Below are positions 37,396 through 47,707 of a stretch of 64,000 nucleotides of DNA, in pieces; positions within the stretch are counted from its first letter, which is position 1, and each line of letters begins with the position of its first letter. Location: contig OZ246001.1 in the NCBI GenBank assembly GCA_965230295.1, positions 3,168,001 through 3,232,000 of the forward strand. Direction: 5' to 3'. The translations under genes and the position numbers were made by a program. Source of the DNA: Marinicella sp. (GTDB taxonomy: Bacteria; Pseudomonadota; Gammaproteobacteria; Xanthomonadales; Marinicellaceae). The notes under the pieces are model-generated. The model saw only the letters and a list, made by a program, of their open reading frames with translations. It was not told where the DNA came from and made no database searches.

Positions 37396-39225
37396 ATGAC
37401 CTTACCAAAAAAATTGTTATTTTTGTTCTTCATGGCTGCCTGTTTGCCAAATCTGTCTGAATCAGCAGAACACAACTTATTAAATCAGGGGCTGAAAGAG
37501 GTGCGCTTGAATGATGTGATTTACATGGCTCAAAACCAAGAAATCAAGAGGTATGATTTAAGCAGTTCAAGTTGGTTGTCAGCCGTCAGTTTGAATTCAG
37601 GACCCGATGCTTTTAATGTGAACCCCCATGGCATCTTTGTGGCTCATGGCAACGAATTGTATGAGTATTCAGCCAGCGGTGCGCCAAGAACTTTGGTTTA
37701 TACCAACACTGATCCAATATTGGAAGTGGTTTATTTAAGCGATCACTTGATATTTGCCACGGCTGATAATACCTATGCTTTTGACTTATTGAGCCAAACA
37801 TTGACCAGTGAAATTCCTTCTGGTGTCAAAGGTTTGGTTGCTGTGCCGGGCCGGCGACACGTTTTTGCCATAAAAGTTGACACCATTCCACGTGACATCG
37901 TGAAGACCAGCTTATCAGAAGCTGGGGTGTTGGACTATTTTCGTGACAGTAATTACCACGGAAACTACCCACAGGGAGAGCGGATGTATACCTTTCCTGA
38001 TGAAAGGCGGGTCGTTGATGCATCGGGTATTGTGTATTTTACTGTGGACATGACGTTTTCTGCTGATTTGCAAGGTTCATTCAGTCATTTGGATTTTTAT
38101 GGTGATCTACCTATCGTGTTGAGAAACGGTGAATTATCAGCCTATTCGAATACATTCGAAATCACGGGTTCTTATACACCACAAATTCAAAGTGACTTTT
38201 TTTATGTCTACAATGATGAAATTCATGCATTTTCTGATCAAGGCAATGACTTTCTGGTTGAAACTTTTGACATCAGTTTATTGACATCAGACATACCTTT
38301 TCAGGCGATTGATCCTACCGGGCTTCAATACGAACCATATCGATTGTCCTATGACAATCACCAAACTGTTTATCTATTGGACCGACCTAACTTGAGTATT
38401 TACCCGTATGATGTTGGCTCTGAGTCTTATCAAGACACCATTTCACTTGAGAACCCTCCTACAGAAATGGAGTATTCAGTAGAAAACAGCAAACTCTACT
38501 TAACGGTGGCCAATAATTCCATCCTTGAATACGACCCTGCATCAAAAGAAATGTCAGTTTTGATTGATGAAGACCCGTATTTAAACTTTGCAAACAACTA
38601 CCTACACAAACTTGAAATGGCAGGGGAGTACTTGTTGGTGCTTCATTATTTGCCAATTTCATTTCGTGGCTTCTCCTTATTTGATCATTCAGGCACATTG
38701 ATTGCGTCCCAAGACATTTTTGAATCTACTGATTACTTGTCATGGGATAGTGGCAAGCGCATCATGTACTTTTACCATAACAATGCCACAACAGGAGCCA
38801 TTCGTGGCATTGAGATCAACGAAGCAGGAGAGTTTGGTGACGAAATCATCAGAAACCAGAGCTTGTTTTTTGATCCTGTATTTTTGTGTACGAGCCCGGA
38901 TGGCGATTTGTTGGTTCAATCCCGTGGATATGTTCTGGAAACTGATGATTATGAAGTGGTTGAGTACTTACCGCATGCAATCACTGATTGCAGTTGGTCA
39001 AATGGCACTTTGTATACACTTGAAGATGCCGGAACGTTGCGGCTCCAGTCATGGAGTGAAAATTTCGAAGAAACACTGGTGACCGACTTGTTCGCTGCAC
39101 CGTTAGGCATGCAGGGTTTGACCAGTGGCGCCGTCTTCTTGATGTATAAGGAGTTTGATGGAGTTCCTCAATTCAGCATTGAAAACGATGTCATTTTCAA
39201 CAACCATTTTGAACAGGGAGAGTAA
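37396..39225 (+). CDS. Secreted beta-propeller-like hypothetical protein with terminal DVIFNNHFE
   Basis: Signal peptide, beta-rich composition, DSNYHGNYP segment. Confidence 0.7.
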   Translation: MTLPKKLLFLFFMAACLPNLSESAEHNLLNQGLKEVRLNDVIYMAQNQEIKRYDLSSSSWLSAVSLNSGPDAFNVNPHGIFVAHGNELYEYSASGAPRTLVYTNTDPILEVVYLSDHLIFATADNTYAFDLLSQTLTSEIPSGVKGLVAVPGRRHVFAIKVDTIPRDIVKTSLSEAGVLDYFRDSNYHGNYPQGERMYTFPDERRVVDASGIVYFTVDMTFSADLQGSFSHLDFYGDLPIVLRNGELSAYSNTFEITGSYTPQIQSDFFYVYNDEIHAFSDQGNDFLVETFDISLLTSDIPFQAIDPTGLQYEPYRLSYDNHQTVYLLDRPNLSIYPYDVGSESYQDTISLENPPTEMEYSVENSKLYLTVANNSILEYDPASKEMSVLIDEDPYLNFANNYLHKLEMAGEYLLVLHYLPISFRGFSLFDHSGTLIASQDIFESTDYLSWDSGKRIMYFYHNNATTGAIRGIEINEAGEFGDEIIRNQSLFFDPVFLCTSPDGDLLVQSRGYVLETDDYEVVEYLPHAITDCSWSNGTLYTLEDAGTLRLQSWSENFEETLVTDLFAAPLGMQGLTSGAVFLMYKEFDGVPQFSIENDVIFNNHFEQGE

Positions 39226-39229
39226 GTTC

Positions 39230-40513
39230 ATGAATACCCAAAGTTACAACAGTAGGTTACTCACCATGGCCCTGGCCATGCTCCTTTTTTCAGTTTCAGT
39301 TTGGAGTCAGAACACCTCTGACAACAGCTCTTTGAGACAGGATTTTGATGGGTTGGTTTTGCCGGATCATTCGTGGACAGGCATGCAGTTTGGTTGGGAT
39401 GTTGCCGCTGAAGACGATACATTAGTCGTGTCCAATTTCGGAACAGCCATCACGGCATCTGTCTATGTATTTAAACGCATCAATCACCAATGGCAACAAA
39501 CACAAAGAATCATCCAGCCCAGTAATTCAGAAGATTTTGCCATTACCTTCGATTTATTCAAAGATCGCATGATTGTCAGTGCCCCTGATTACAGATTCCA
39601 GGCTCATAAGAATCGTGGCAGTGCACCAGGAGCCGCATATATTTATGAGTTTGATGGGGCGATGTGGGAACAGACTGGTCTGGTTTTCGCTGAAGATGAA
39701 TCTAATTTCAACGAAGAATTTGGATACAGGGTGAAAATTTATGGGGATACCGCCATTGTTTCAGCTCCGGAAGATGACGACGGCATGTATGAAAGTTATG
39801 GAGCGGTCTATGTGTTCACCAAAGGTGTTGATGGATGGAGCCAGTCAAAAAAGATTATATTGCCCATCAGAAGGGTTGACGAGTTTTTTGGTGTTGAAAT
39901 TGATTTGGGGGTGACCAGTCCTGAGAAACTGAACGGTGATCGAATTGTGATTGGCACATTGAAATCTGAAGCGGTGTATATTTTCGAGTTGATCAATGAA
40001 GATTGGATCTTGGTAGATCAACTGTTTGCCAATGATTACGGGTCCCAAAGTGGCTGGGGTAGGTCGTTGTCAATTCAGGATGATCTGTTGGTGGTGGGTT
40101 CACCCCTCGAAGAAAAAGGCGTCGTTAATGTGTTCAAAAAAATGGATGATACATGGACCCATCAAGAAACATTTACTAACCTCATTGATGATGGCTCACT
40201 TTATTTTGGAAATCGTGTGACCTTACACAACAATAAGATACTGGTGTCTTATTTAATGGATCCAGGCAGCATCAACGACAATGGCCAAAATTTTCTTTAT
40301 CAATTTAATGGGATTGAATGGATTAGAACCCATGCATTCAACACTGAACTCAGTAACTTCAATTTTGGTCAAGCGTTGACTGATGATTGGGTGTTTTTGG
40401 GTACGCCAAAAACCAACCGACATCCCAATACAGTTACCGGAGTGGTGTATGCAATCAGCATTGACAACCTATTTTGTAGTGGTTTTGAAATCAGTCCTGA
40501 TGCGTGCAAGTAA
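39230..40513 (+). CDS. Secreted FG-GAP repeat protein
   Basis: FGWDVA, VSAP..GAAYIY, FGYRV, GAVYVF repeats; GGAG RBS before ATG 39230; terminal DNLFCSGFE. Confidence 0.88.
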   Translation: MNTQSYNSRLLTMALAMLLFSVSVWSQNTSDNSSLRQDFDGLVLPDHSWTGMQFGWDVAAEDDTLVVSNFGTAITASVYVFKRINHQWQQTQRIIQPSNSEDFAITFDLFKDRMIVSAPDYRFQAHKNRGSAPGAAYIYEFDGAMWEQTGLVFAEDESNFNEEFGYRVKIYGDTAIVSAPEDDDGMYESYGAVYVFTKGVDGWSQSKKIILPIRRVDEFFGVEIDLGVTSPEKLNGDRIVIGTLKSEAVYIFELINEDWILVDQLFANDYGSQSGWGRSLSIQDDLLVVGSPLEEKGVVNVFKKMDDTWTHQETFTNLIDDGSLYFGNRVTLHNNKILVSYLMDPGSINDNGQNFLYQFNGIEWIRTHAFNTELSNFNFGQALTDDWVFLGTPKTNRHPNTVTGVVYAISIDNLFCSGFEISPDACK

Positions 40514-40578
40514 TCAAGTCTGAGTCATTTGCTTACAATTGAATGCTTATTTCAATAGTGACATAGGTGATTAATTTT

Positions 40579-42564
40579 TTATGTATTATCAAGCCTGCCC
40601 TGAATAATCACTTTACTTTCTATCAGGCTGCCGACAGCTAAATCAGAAATTTTGATGTTGGATTGATGCACCAATACAGGCAGGGTATAAAAATCCTTGG
40701 CATCGTCGGTGAGTTTCAATTTAACTGTTAACAACAGCAGATTTTGATTCTGCAAAGTATATTTTTTGATGGACAAGACTTTTCCCATGATTGAAGCATG
40801 AAAATCACTGTATTCGGACCATAAATGGTAGTCCTTTTCCTGTACTTCTCCAACCATGGCAACATAGGCTTCTTCTGCCTGGAATGGCAGTTTTACACTG
40901 GCTGCGATCGCTGATAAGCACACCTTCTGGGTACCTCCCTTGCCATAGGTGCTTTGGTTTTCTGCATAATCAACCGGGATAAAATCGAAGGTGGTAAAAC
41001 AATCTGCATGCCCGGCGGTGATTTCTGCTTGCAGCTTATTCGAGCCTTTCCAGTGTTTGATGTTCCTGATGTCTAATTCAGTTGGGTTAAAACATGGAAC
41101 AATCGGGTATGAATCAATGATTTTCGAGTCATCACTGACGGTGTGAATTTTTATCTCGGATGATTCATCGTTATCAACAGCAAGGCTCTGATTTAATTTG
41201 AGTAATTTCCAAACTTTGGTTTTGTAACCGGCTTTAATCAAGTCATAAATGATGTTGGCGCCTTCACCGTTTTGTTGCAACAGGTATTGATCAAAGTATC
41301 TCCTTAACTCGGGTATCATGGTGTTTTTTTGGTGGTCTTTGGTGGGTTTAAAACCAAACTGTTCCACCAATATTTTGATCAATGACAGGCCACCGTGTCT
41401 GCATGCAGCTTTGGCAATGAGGTCTTGGGTTGATAATGTTGGATCAGCACCCAATTCAATTTGAGCCAATGCATTCTTGATGAGGCCCCAAGAGATGGCC
41501 CTGTCTAAGGGTGATTTTTTGGTCGGACCAGCTTGTGCGTTGATGTTTGCACCCAAGGCCACCAGTTCTTTCAGTGCATCAATTTGATCATCATCGATTG
41601 CATAATGAACGGCTGCCTTGTCATGTCGATCCCTGTCGTTGATGTTTGCACCAAGATTAATAAGAGTTTTGACTGAATCGATGTGGTTTATTTGGGTGGC
41701 ATAATGCAGGGCTTTTAAACCATAACTGTTTTCAACAGCAATGAGGTCAGGATTGGTTTGTATCTGTTGTTTCAGTTGGTCTTGGTCATTGTTGAAAATG
41801 GCATCAAACAGCTTCTTGCCGTGATCTAATTTGAACCTGAAGTCATTGGACTTGATGTTGTTGTGATGGGCCTTTTTGACTTTTTCGTAGAGGGCTTTTG
41901 ATTGTTGATAAGAAGCAAAGCCCAAACCTTCTTCAAGGCTGATCGGTTGAGCGGATACACTGATGATATGGATCACATGAGGATTTTGCTCAAGCCTTTG
42001 GTATGCCTCCAATTTATGATGGCCATCCAATACATACATGGTTTGTATGTTTTGGTGAACCGAAGCGGTAATCAACTTGGGCTTTTTGCCTGCCTTGATG
42101 CTTTTCATGTGCTGTAGGACGGCCTCTTCGTTCAATTGAATGGATGGTTGTGTACTGATCAAAATATCTTCATAAGGATAGTAATTACAATGTGATTTTT
42201 TCGGTTTGAGGTAATCGTATTCATCCAGCTCAATGGCTTTCAATAGGTACTGCCCCGGCTCGAACATGGACAGCAGGCCCTCAAGTGATTGAGAGAGCGG
42301 TAAATCACTGGTCTCGTCATTGACAAGCTGACGAATTTGTTTCAAGGTTTGTGTCGGGTCATCATCGTTCGAACTTCTGACCAAATATTGATCGACACTG
42401 CCTTGGCAATCTGACCAATGAAACGCTATTGGCTGGCCTTCAAATAAGATTGCTGATTCGAATGAGTCGCCCCTCAATGAAATTTGTGAGGATGAGTTTT
42501 CCAGTTCGAAGATCTCATATCCCTGCAAATAATGATCTTCGTAAGTGATGTATTGTATGTCCAT
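40579..42564 (-). CDS. ParB/Srx-like domain + ankyrin repeats + unknown C-terminal domain
   Basis: YVLDGHHKLEAY; ALHYA...LGANIND, AVHYA...LGANINA, SPLDRA...LGADP. Confidence 0.75.
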   Translation of the reverse strand: MDIQYITYEDHYLQGYEIFELENSSSQISLRGDSFESAILFEGQPIAFHWSDCQGSVDQYLVRSSNDDDPTQTLKQIRQLVNDETSDLPLSQSLEGLLSMFEPGQYLLKAIELDEYDYLKPKKSHCNYYPYEDILISTQPSIQLNEEAVLQHMKSIKAGKKPKLITASVHQNIQTMYVLDGHHKLEAYQRLEQNPHVIHIISVSAQPISLEEGLGFASYQQSKALYEKVKKAHHNNIKSNDFRFKLDHGKKLFDAIFNNDQDQLKQQIQTNPDLIAVENSYGLKALHYATQINHIDSVKTLINLGANINDRDRHDKAAVHYAIDDDQIDALKELVALGANINAQAGPTKKSPLDRAISWGLIKNALAQIELGADPTLSTQDLIAKAACRHGGLSLIKILVEQFGFKPTKDHQKNTMIPELRRYFDQYLLQQNGEGANIIYDLIKAGYKTKVWKLLKLNQSLAVDNDESSEIKIHTVSDDSKIIDSYPIVPCFNPTELDIRNIKHWKGSNKLQAEITAGHADCFTTFDFIPVDYAENQSTYGKGGTQKVCLSAIAASVKLPFQAEEAYVAMVGEVQEKDYHLWSEYSDFHASIMGKVLSIKKYTLQNQNLLLLTVKLKLTDDAKDFYTLPVLVHQSNIKISDLAVGSLIESKVIIQGRLDNT

Positions 42565-42772
42565 ATTTCATTATCTCTTCTTTTGCTGGCTGGAGCCGGC
42601 CTGGATGGTAATCATATGATAATTTTTCATCTATTTTCCATGTTTTTTTCAGGATTTTATTTTCTGAATCCATTCAAATAGTACCCGAATATCCCAATGA
42701 TGATTGTGGCGCTCCTTGCTGTTTGTCAGATGATTTTGCTGTAGAGGTTCCGGCGGCCATATTCAGTCCATT

Positions 42773-42788
42773 TGTTACAGCGGTCACA
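42773..42788. promoter_or_regulatory. Candidate CRP/Clp-type site
   Basis: TGTTA-N6-TCACA, one mismatch to TGTGA-N6-TCACA, 100 bp upstream of 42889. Confidence 0.35.
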
Positions 42789-42888
42789 TTGTTGGTAAAT
42801 ATTAATAATTAAAATGATGCGTTCAGCATGAATGACATGCTTGGTGATTGATAGACACCATTGTCCATAAGCTTGGGAGGCTTGATAG

Positions 42889-45800
42889 ATGTTTTATAGG
42901 TCAAAAGTTTTTATATTGATGATCGGTTTGCTTGGGTTGCCTTTGCATGCATTTTCAGGAACAGCAGGCAATGACCTCATTCATAAGAATGGTTTTGAAC
43001 TGTTTCCCTTGAACTTTTTCAAAAGTGAAGTGCAGCCTAAATTGGATGCCGAATGTTCCAGTTGTCACGTTGGAGAACGTTTTGGCATCACGACCTTACA
43101 AAAATCAGGAGCGGTTTTTACCGATGAAGACACGGCTGTTAATTACCAACGATTTAAGTTGATGCTGTCATTGGATGAGCCAGTACAAAGTCGCTTGTTG
43201 GCCAAAGTCATCCCCAGTACAGATCCCCGTGCCATACCGCATGCCGGTGGTGAATTGATAAGCCTTGGTAGCGACATGTATCAATCCATAGTGGCGTGGG
43301 CAAACCTGGAAAAAAGCGTGGATTGTGCCAATTGTGGCACCACGGCAGACAAGGCGTACATAGCCTATTTAGACCAGCCTGCCTGGCATTGGGGGGTGAA
43401 CAGGATGCCTGTCAGGACTGATTGGGGTTTGAGGTCCGGTGCAAGAATCATGCTGCAGCAAGTCAACCCATCTTCTTTACAGCCCATCGGTGCACCGATA
43501 GATTTTTTGAATGGTTCTTTTTGTGGTTCTGATGGCATGTGTGATTTTGGGCGATCGTCAGCCAACCATGCAGGTGATCAATTGGTTTTCGAGTGTCGGG
43601 TCAATCCCGGTCAAGATGACATTCCTTGGTTGGATTTGAGTTGGAATATTTGTCTTGCTGAAATTGGTGCAGATGGTCATGCGGTTAACCCCAGATTTTT
43701 ACGCCCGGAAAGTGATCGGCATGTGGGTTGGTCGGTGTCCAGGATTGATCCTTTGGGTTTGTTTGACAGTGATGGCAGGGGTGTCAGGGGGTTGTATGAT
43801 GATCATGTGAGGATGCGCAAAAAGAACGATTTTTACCCCATTTTTTCACCTGATGATCAGCGCATTTATTTCAGCAGTCGATCAGCCGATCCTCGTTCAA
43901 GCGTTGGTGGTACCCGTGCATACCATGGATTTGAGCACACCAACAACATCATCTCTACCAACCTGCAAGGTGGTGATGCCAAAAGCATCTATCTGAACGA
44001 AGGCGGGACTGCTTTGGAGATGGCTTTTCTTAAAAATGGCAATTTGGCCGTCCATGTCTGGAACTTAGAGCGCATGGACCGGCACAGTTACATCCAAATG
44101 ACTGCCGATGGCATGATGGAATTGCCTGTGTTGTTTGGCCGGGTTCAAGGCCGCAACATGTGGGGGGATATCATGCAGTTAGCCAATGGACGAACCATTG
44201 GCATGACTGGTAGGAGGCGGGGCTCCATCAGCAACTTCTTGCCATTTTCGGCAGATCACACCACCGGTACTGGATTGGATCCTGTCTTTCCGGGATTTGA
44301 AATTCTTGATCCAGCCATCGATGCAGAAATGGATGACAGCTTTGCCTATTGTAGCAATCCGCCAGAAGGGCAGAACTGCCACACTTCGCGATTCTATGAC
44401 GACCCTTCTTATGCCCCCAATGGCACCGCTCTGATCACATACCACCCGAATAAAACCTACTATTCTAATGACGATGCAGCCGATGGTTTTTGGCAAAACT
44501 ATGGCGGTTCCATCCAAGCCATCATGCCTTATGTACCGGAACTGACTGTGGCATCGATTGATCACGCTGGTAACACCCAAGTACTGTTAACACCGCCCAC
44601 TGGTCGGGCCTTCAGATACCCAAGCTGGGTAGGGCGCATCCATCCACCAGCCATTCAAGCTGTGGTTACCGACGAAGCTCAAGACACTGCTGAATTACAT
44701 ATCGCCGACTTTCCGCTGTGGTTGTCTTTTGCGGTGAATAACTCTCAAAATAAAACCCATTTAATCAACCAGTTGGATTCAATTGTTGCGGTGCGGGTAT
44801 TGAGAAAGTCCATCGATGCCAATGCCTGTACCAGTGATGCTGAAACCATCCGTAAAAATGTCTGGACAGCCGTCTATGACCACCCAACCCATTTAGGCAT
44901 CAACAACGCCACGGGCTATACACGCCTTAAGGTGCCACAAGCGTTGGGTGGTGATGTCAATGGTGACATTCCATTGAATAATGACAAGTCCATCAGGTTG
45001 ACAGTACCTGCGGGGCAACTGTTGTTGTTCCAAGGCATTGATGCAGAAGGGTTTTTGGTTGAACAACATGACCGGGTGTTTGCTTTACCACCGGGTCACC
45101 GCATAGATTCGTCGGTAAAAAGAAGCCAATACAATGCACAATGTTCGGCTTGTCATGGGGCATTCAATGCACCTTTTACCAGCATTTTGGATTATGACCA
45201 ATTGGCCACAGGGATGGATTTCAACACCCAGGCCATCACATCCATTGATGTTACAGATGCCGCCACAGTGGAGGAAAAACTGACTTTCAAGAGTTTGTTC
45301 AGGCCGATCATCAATGACCGTTGTGTCAGTTGTCATGATGCGGCTGATCCTGAAGGGGACTTAACCCTGGTTGAAACCTATTCATTGACTGCAAACTATC
45401 CCATGCCAGGCAGCCAATGGGCCTCATCTGTTAATCAGAATTATGACAGTTTGGTACCGGTGGCTGAACGGGTTTACGGTTTTGCCTGGTCTGCTGCCAG
45501 AAACTACATCATCACCGAAGGCAGTGATTACATCAATGAATTCATCAACCCCACTGATCCGTACCAACCCATGGGAAATCTGGCGCCTTGGGACCCGGGT
45601 TATCAGGCACTGTTTTTACCTGATGTGAACGATGAGCTCAATTACCTCACTGATTACCCTTATCAATCGCATTTTGGTCGGGGTGGTGATTTTGCCAGAA
45701 CCAGTTTCTTATTGGAGGTTTTAACCGGGCAGGATCTGGATCCCAGAAAAGATTATGCGGGCAGTCATGACCACACCGGCATATTGAGTGAGCAAGAAAT

Positions 45801-45927
45801 CATTTCCTTAAAGGCTTTGATTGATAATGGTTTTCCGTACATGTCTCAATGTGATGACAAAGTGGTGACTGAAGGGATCAATACCGGTTTACCATGGGGG
45901 GATCCTGTAGAACAAGATCATTTATGA
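42889..45927 (+). CDS. Secreted tri-heme protein with TolB-like propeller and hydrazine synthase alpha-like middle domain
   Basis: CSSCH, CSACH, CVSCH; PIFSPDDQRIYFSS; DKSIRLTVPAGQLLLFQGIDAEG; GGGAGG RBS. Confidence 0.75.
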   Translation: MFYRSKVFILMIGLLGLPLHAFSGTAGNDLIHKNGFELFPLNFFKSEVQPKLDAECSSCHVGERFGITTLQKSGAVFTDEDTAVNYQRFKLMLSLDEPVQSRLLAKVIPSTDPRAIPHAGGELISLGSDMYQSIVAWANLEKSVDCANCGTTADKAYIAYLDQPAWHWGVNRMPVRTDWGLRSGARIMLQQVNPSSLQPIGAPIDFLNGSFCGSDGMCDFGRSSANHAGDQLVFECRVNPGQDDIPWLDLSWNICLAEIGADGHAVNPRFLRPESDRHVGWSVSRIDPLGLFDSDGRGVRGLYDDHVRMRKKNDFYPIFSPDDQRIYFSSRSADPRSSVGGTRAYHGFEHTNNIISTNLQGGDAKSIYLNEGGTALEMAFLKNGNLAVHVWNLERMDRHSYIQMTADGMMELPVLFGRVQGRNMWGDIMQLANGRTIGMTGRRRGSISNFLPFSADHTTGTGLDPVFPGFEILDPAIDAEMDDSFAYCSNPPEGQNCHTSRFYDDPSYAPNGTALITYHPNKTYYSNDDAADGFWQNYGGSIQAIMPYVPELTVASIDHAGNTQVLLTPPTGRAFRYPSWVGRIHPPAIQAVVTDEAQDTAELHIADFPLWLSFAVNNSQNKTHLINQLDSIVAVRVLRKSIDANACTSDAETIRKNVWTAVYDHPTHLGINNATGYTRLKVPQALGGDVNGDIPLNNDKSIRLTVPAGQLLLFQGIDAEGFLVEQHDRVFALPPGHRIDSSVKRSQYNAQCSACHGAFNAPFTSILDYDQLATGMDFNTQAITSIDVTDAATVEEKLTFKSLFRPIINDRCVSCHDAADPEGDLTLVETYSLTANYPMPGSQWASSVNQNYDSLVPVAERVYGFAWSAARNYIITEGSDYINEFINPTDPYQPMGNLAPWDPGYQALFLPDVNDELNYLTDYPYQSHFGRGGDFARTSFLLEVLTGQDLDPRKDYAGSHDHTGILSEQEIISLKALIDNGFPYMSQCDDKVVTEGINTGLPWGDPVEQDHL

Positions 45928-45945
45928 AAACCAATTCAGTTGAAT

Positions 45946-46245
45946 AAGGAATGTTCTTGGGGCTTCATTCTGGTTCATGGTCTGACAGGTCTTCATATTT
46001 GCTGCGCAAATAAACCGACCTTTACAGACTATTGTCTGAGCAGTTGCTTCGCATTGCATGTCTGTTCCTGACAAAAGTGAAAACGACCACGGCGAACATA
46101 ACTTGCTACCTCGCACGAATAACGCCATTCACATAAGGCTTCTTGACTTCGTCAAATCGCCATATGTTCATTGGCTATTCTCTTCGCCTCTGATTCGCTA
46201 TGCTCACCAACCGGCTCGGCGGGTCAAGCTGCTCAGCAGCTTTCC
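45946..46245 (+). repeat. Structured dispersed repeat, copy A (two internal insertions)
   Basis: AAGGAATGTTCTTGGGGCTTCATTC...ACAAAAGTGAAAACGACCACGGCGAACAT...AACCGGCTCGGCGGGTCAAGCTGCTCAGCAGCTTTCC; blocks shared with 51160 and 54890. Confidence 0.85.
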
Positions 46246-46287
46246 GGGGTGGTGCTGGCCACCCCATGTCTCATGATTGGTGGTAAG

Positions 46288-47604
46288 TCAAAATTCAGCC
46301 AGCCAATCCAAAACCACTCCACTGACGGCATCGGTCCACTTACCGGGTTTGCCGTCGAAAGAATCTTTGGCGGATTCATGGATACTTTCCCAATGGTCTA
46401 ATCCGGGGTGTTTATACAGCACATGATCTTGATGACCGGCGGCTTTGAGGATTTCAATGATCAGGTCATTGTCTGCTTCACTCATGATCCAGTCATTGGT
46501 ACCCCAGCGTATGCGGGCGGGAACCTTCAATTGTTCCCATTCCCCAGCCACATCGAAGTGTTGTAGTTGTTGGTAATACTTCATGGGTCTGCCGTACATG
46601 TGCTCAGGGCTGTGATAATTATCCGCAGCGATGGCTGGGTAGGTATCGATCACATCCTGGTAGCTTTTCCTTTCGATCAACATACCATGGTAGAGTGGAA
46701 TGTATGATTGGTTCACCTTTTGGGTGATCTCGCTTTGACTGAAACCTTTGAAAGCCAAAATCCTGCGCTCAATTTCCAACATGTGCTCATACCAGCTTTT
46801 GACAAAAGTGCCGTCAGAAACCACAGCAGCGAAATCAAATTTATTGGCAATATGGGGTGCCAGGGCAGATCCCATTGAACTACCATAAACCACAATGCGT
46901 TCCGGGTCGACATAGGGCAGTGTTTTCAACAATTCAGCTGCGGTGTGGTAGCCATTCAATTCGGTTTTGAAATCAGTGCGTGAGCAGTTGCCTTCTGAGT
47001 CCCCCAATCCTGGTTTCTCGATCCGAAGCACCACTTTGTTACTCTTGGTAACGATTTCCCGAATCATGCGGGTGAAAGGCGTGATGCGGTTGGGGTTGAT
47101 CTCGATGCTGGAACAACTCAGTCCTTGTAACAGCATGATGGCGGGTTGCCTCTCTGTCGTGTTCTCAGGACGGGTGATGATCACCCGCTGACGAATACCA
47201 TAGTCACTGGTGATGTGGGTGTAAGTGGTTTCAATGCCGTCATGGGTCTCTTGGGGCTGGGCTTTAAAACGAACAGTGATCGTTTTGCTTTCAAGACCGC
47301 GTTTGTAGGTGAGCTTGTATGGTTTTTTGGCCACCAATGCATCAGTCAAATCGCGCCAGTCCTCAGGCCTTAAAATCGGTTGGCCATTGACAGCGATGAT
47401 GTGGTCTTGGGCTTGTAAGCCCGCTTTTGCCAAGGGTGTATTGGGTTCAAGTGTACGGATGATCATGCCCGCGGTGTTCGTTTCCGGGAATTGGAACCGG
47501 GCTTCCCAGCTGGCGCGCCTGGGTAAATCATCGGCCAAAATGTGTGCCGTGAATGTCAAAAGCCAAATCAATGTCATCAGTGTCAATACAGGTCGTGTTT
47601 TCAT
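46288..47604 (-). CDS. Secreted PDZ + alpha/beta hydrolase
   Basis: Signal peptide; PLAKAGLQAQDHIIAVNGQ (PDZ); EKPGLGDSEG; nucleophile GSSMG; GLDH. Confidence 0.88.
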   Translation of the reverse strand: MKTRPVLTLMTLIWLLTFTAHILADDLPRRASWEARFQFPETNTAGMIIRTLEPNTPLAKAGLQAQDHIIAVNGQPILRPEDWRDLTDALVAKKPYKLTYKRGLESKTITVRFKAQPQETHDGIETTYTHITSDYGIRQRVIITRPENTTERQPAIMLLQGLSCSSIEINPNRITPFTRMIREIVTKSNKVVLRIEKPGLGDSEGNCSRTDFKTELNGYHTAAELLKTLPYVDPERIVVYGSSMGSALAPHIANKFDFAAVVSDGTFVKSWYEHMLEIERRILAFKGFSQSEITQKVNQSYIPLYHGMLIERKSYQDVIDTYPAIAADNYHSPEHMYGRPMKYYQQLQHFDVAGEWEQLKVPARIRWGTNDWIMSEADNDLIIEILKAAGHQDHVLYKHPGLDHWESIHESAKDSFDGKPGKWTDAVSGVVLDWLAEF

Positions 47605-47707
47605 CTCTTATCTCGTATTGAAAATGAGATATACTAAGCAAACCGCGATGCGGTGAAGCTGATTTATGACGAAACTCAACCTTGACGATGCCAAAAGCCG
47701 ATAATTC

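Noticed and set aside
39155-39229. Track start of the FG-GAP ORF
   Set aside because: It overlaps the upstream gene; ATG 39230 has an RBS and gives a better signal peptide.
42889-45927. Evidence of anammox metabolism
   Set aside because: No hzsB/C or hydrazine dehydrogenase in the window; the context is a heterotroph-like gene set.
46058-46401. Short ORFs here and at 51155-51446
   Set aside because: They are translations of the structured repeat and are not conserved in frame between copies.
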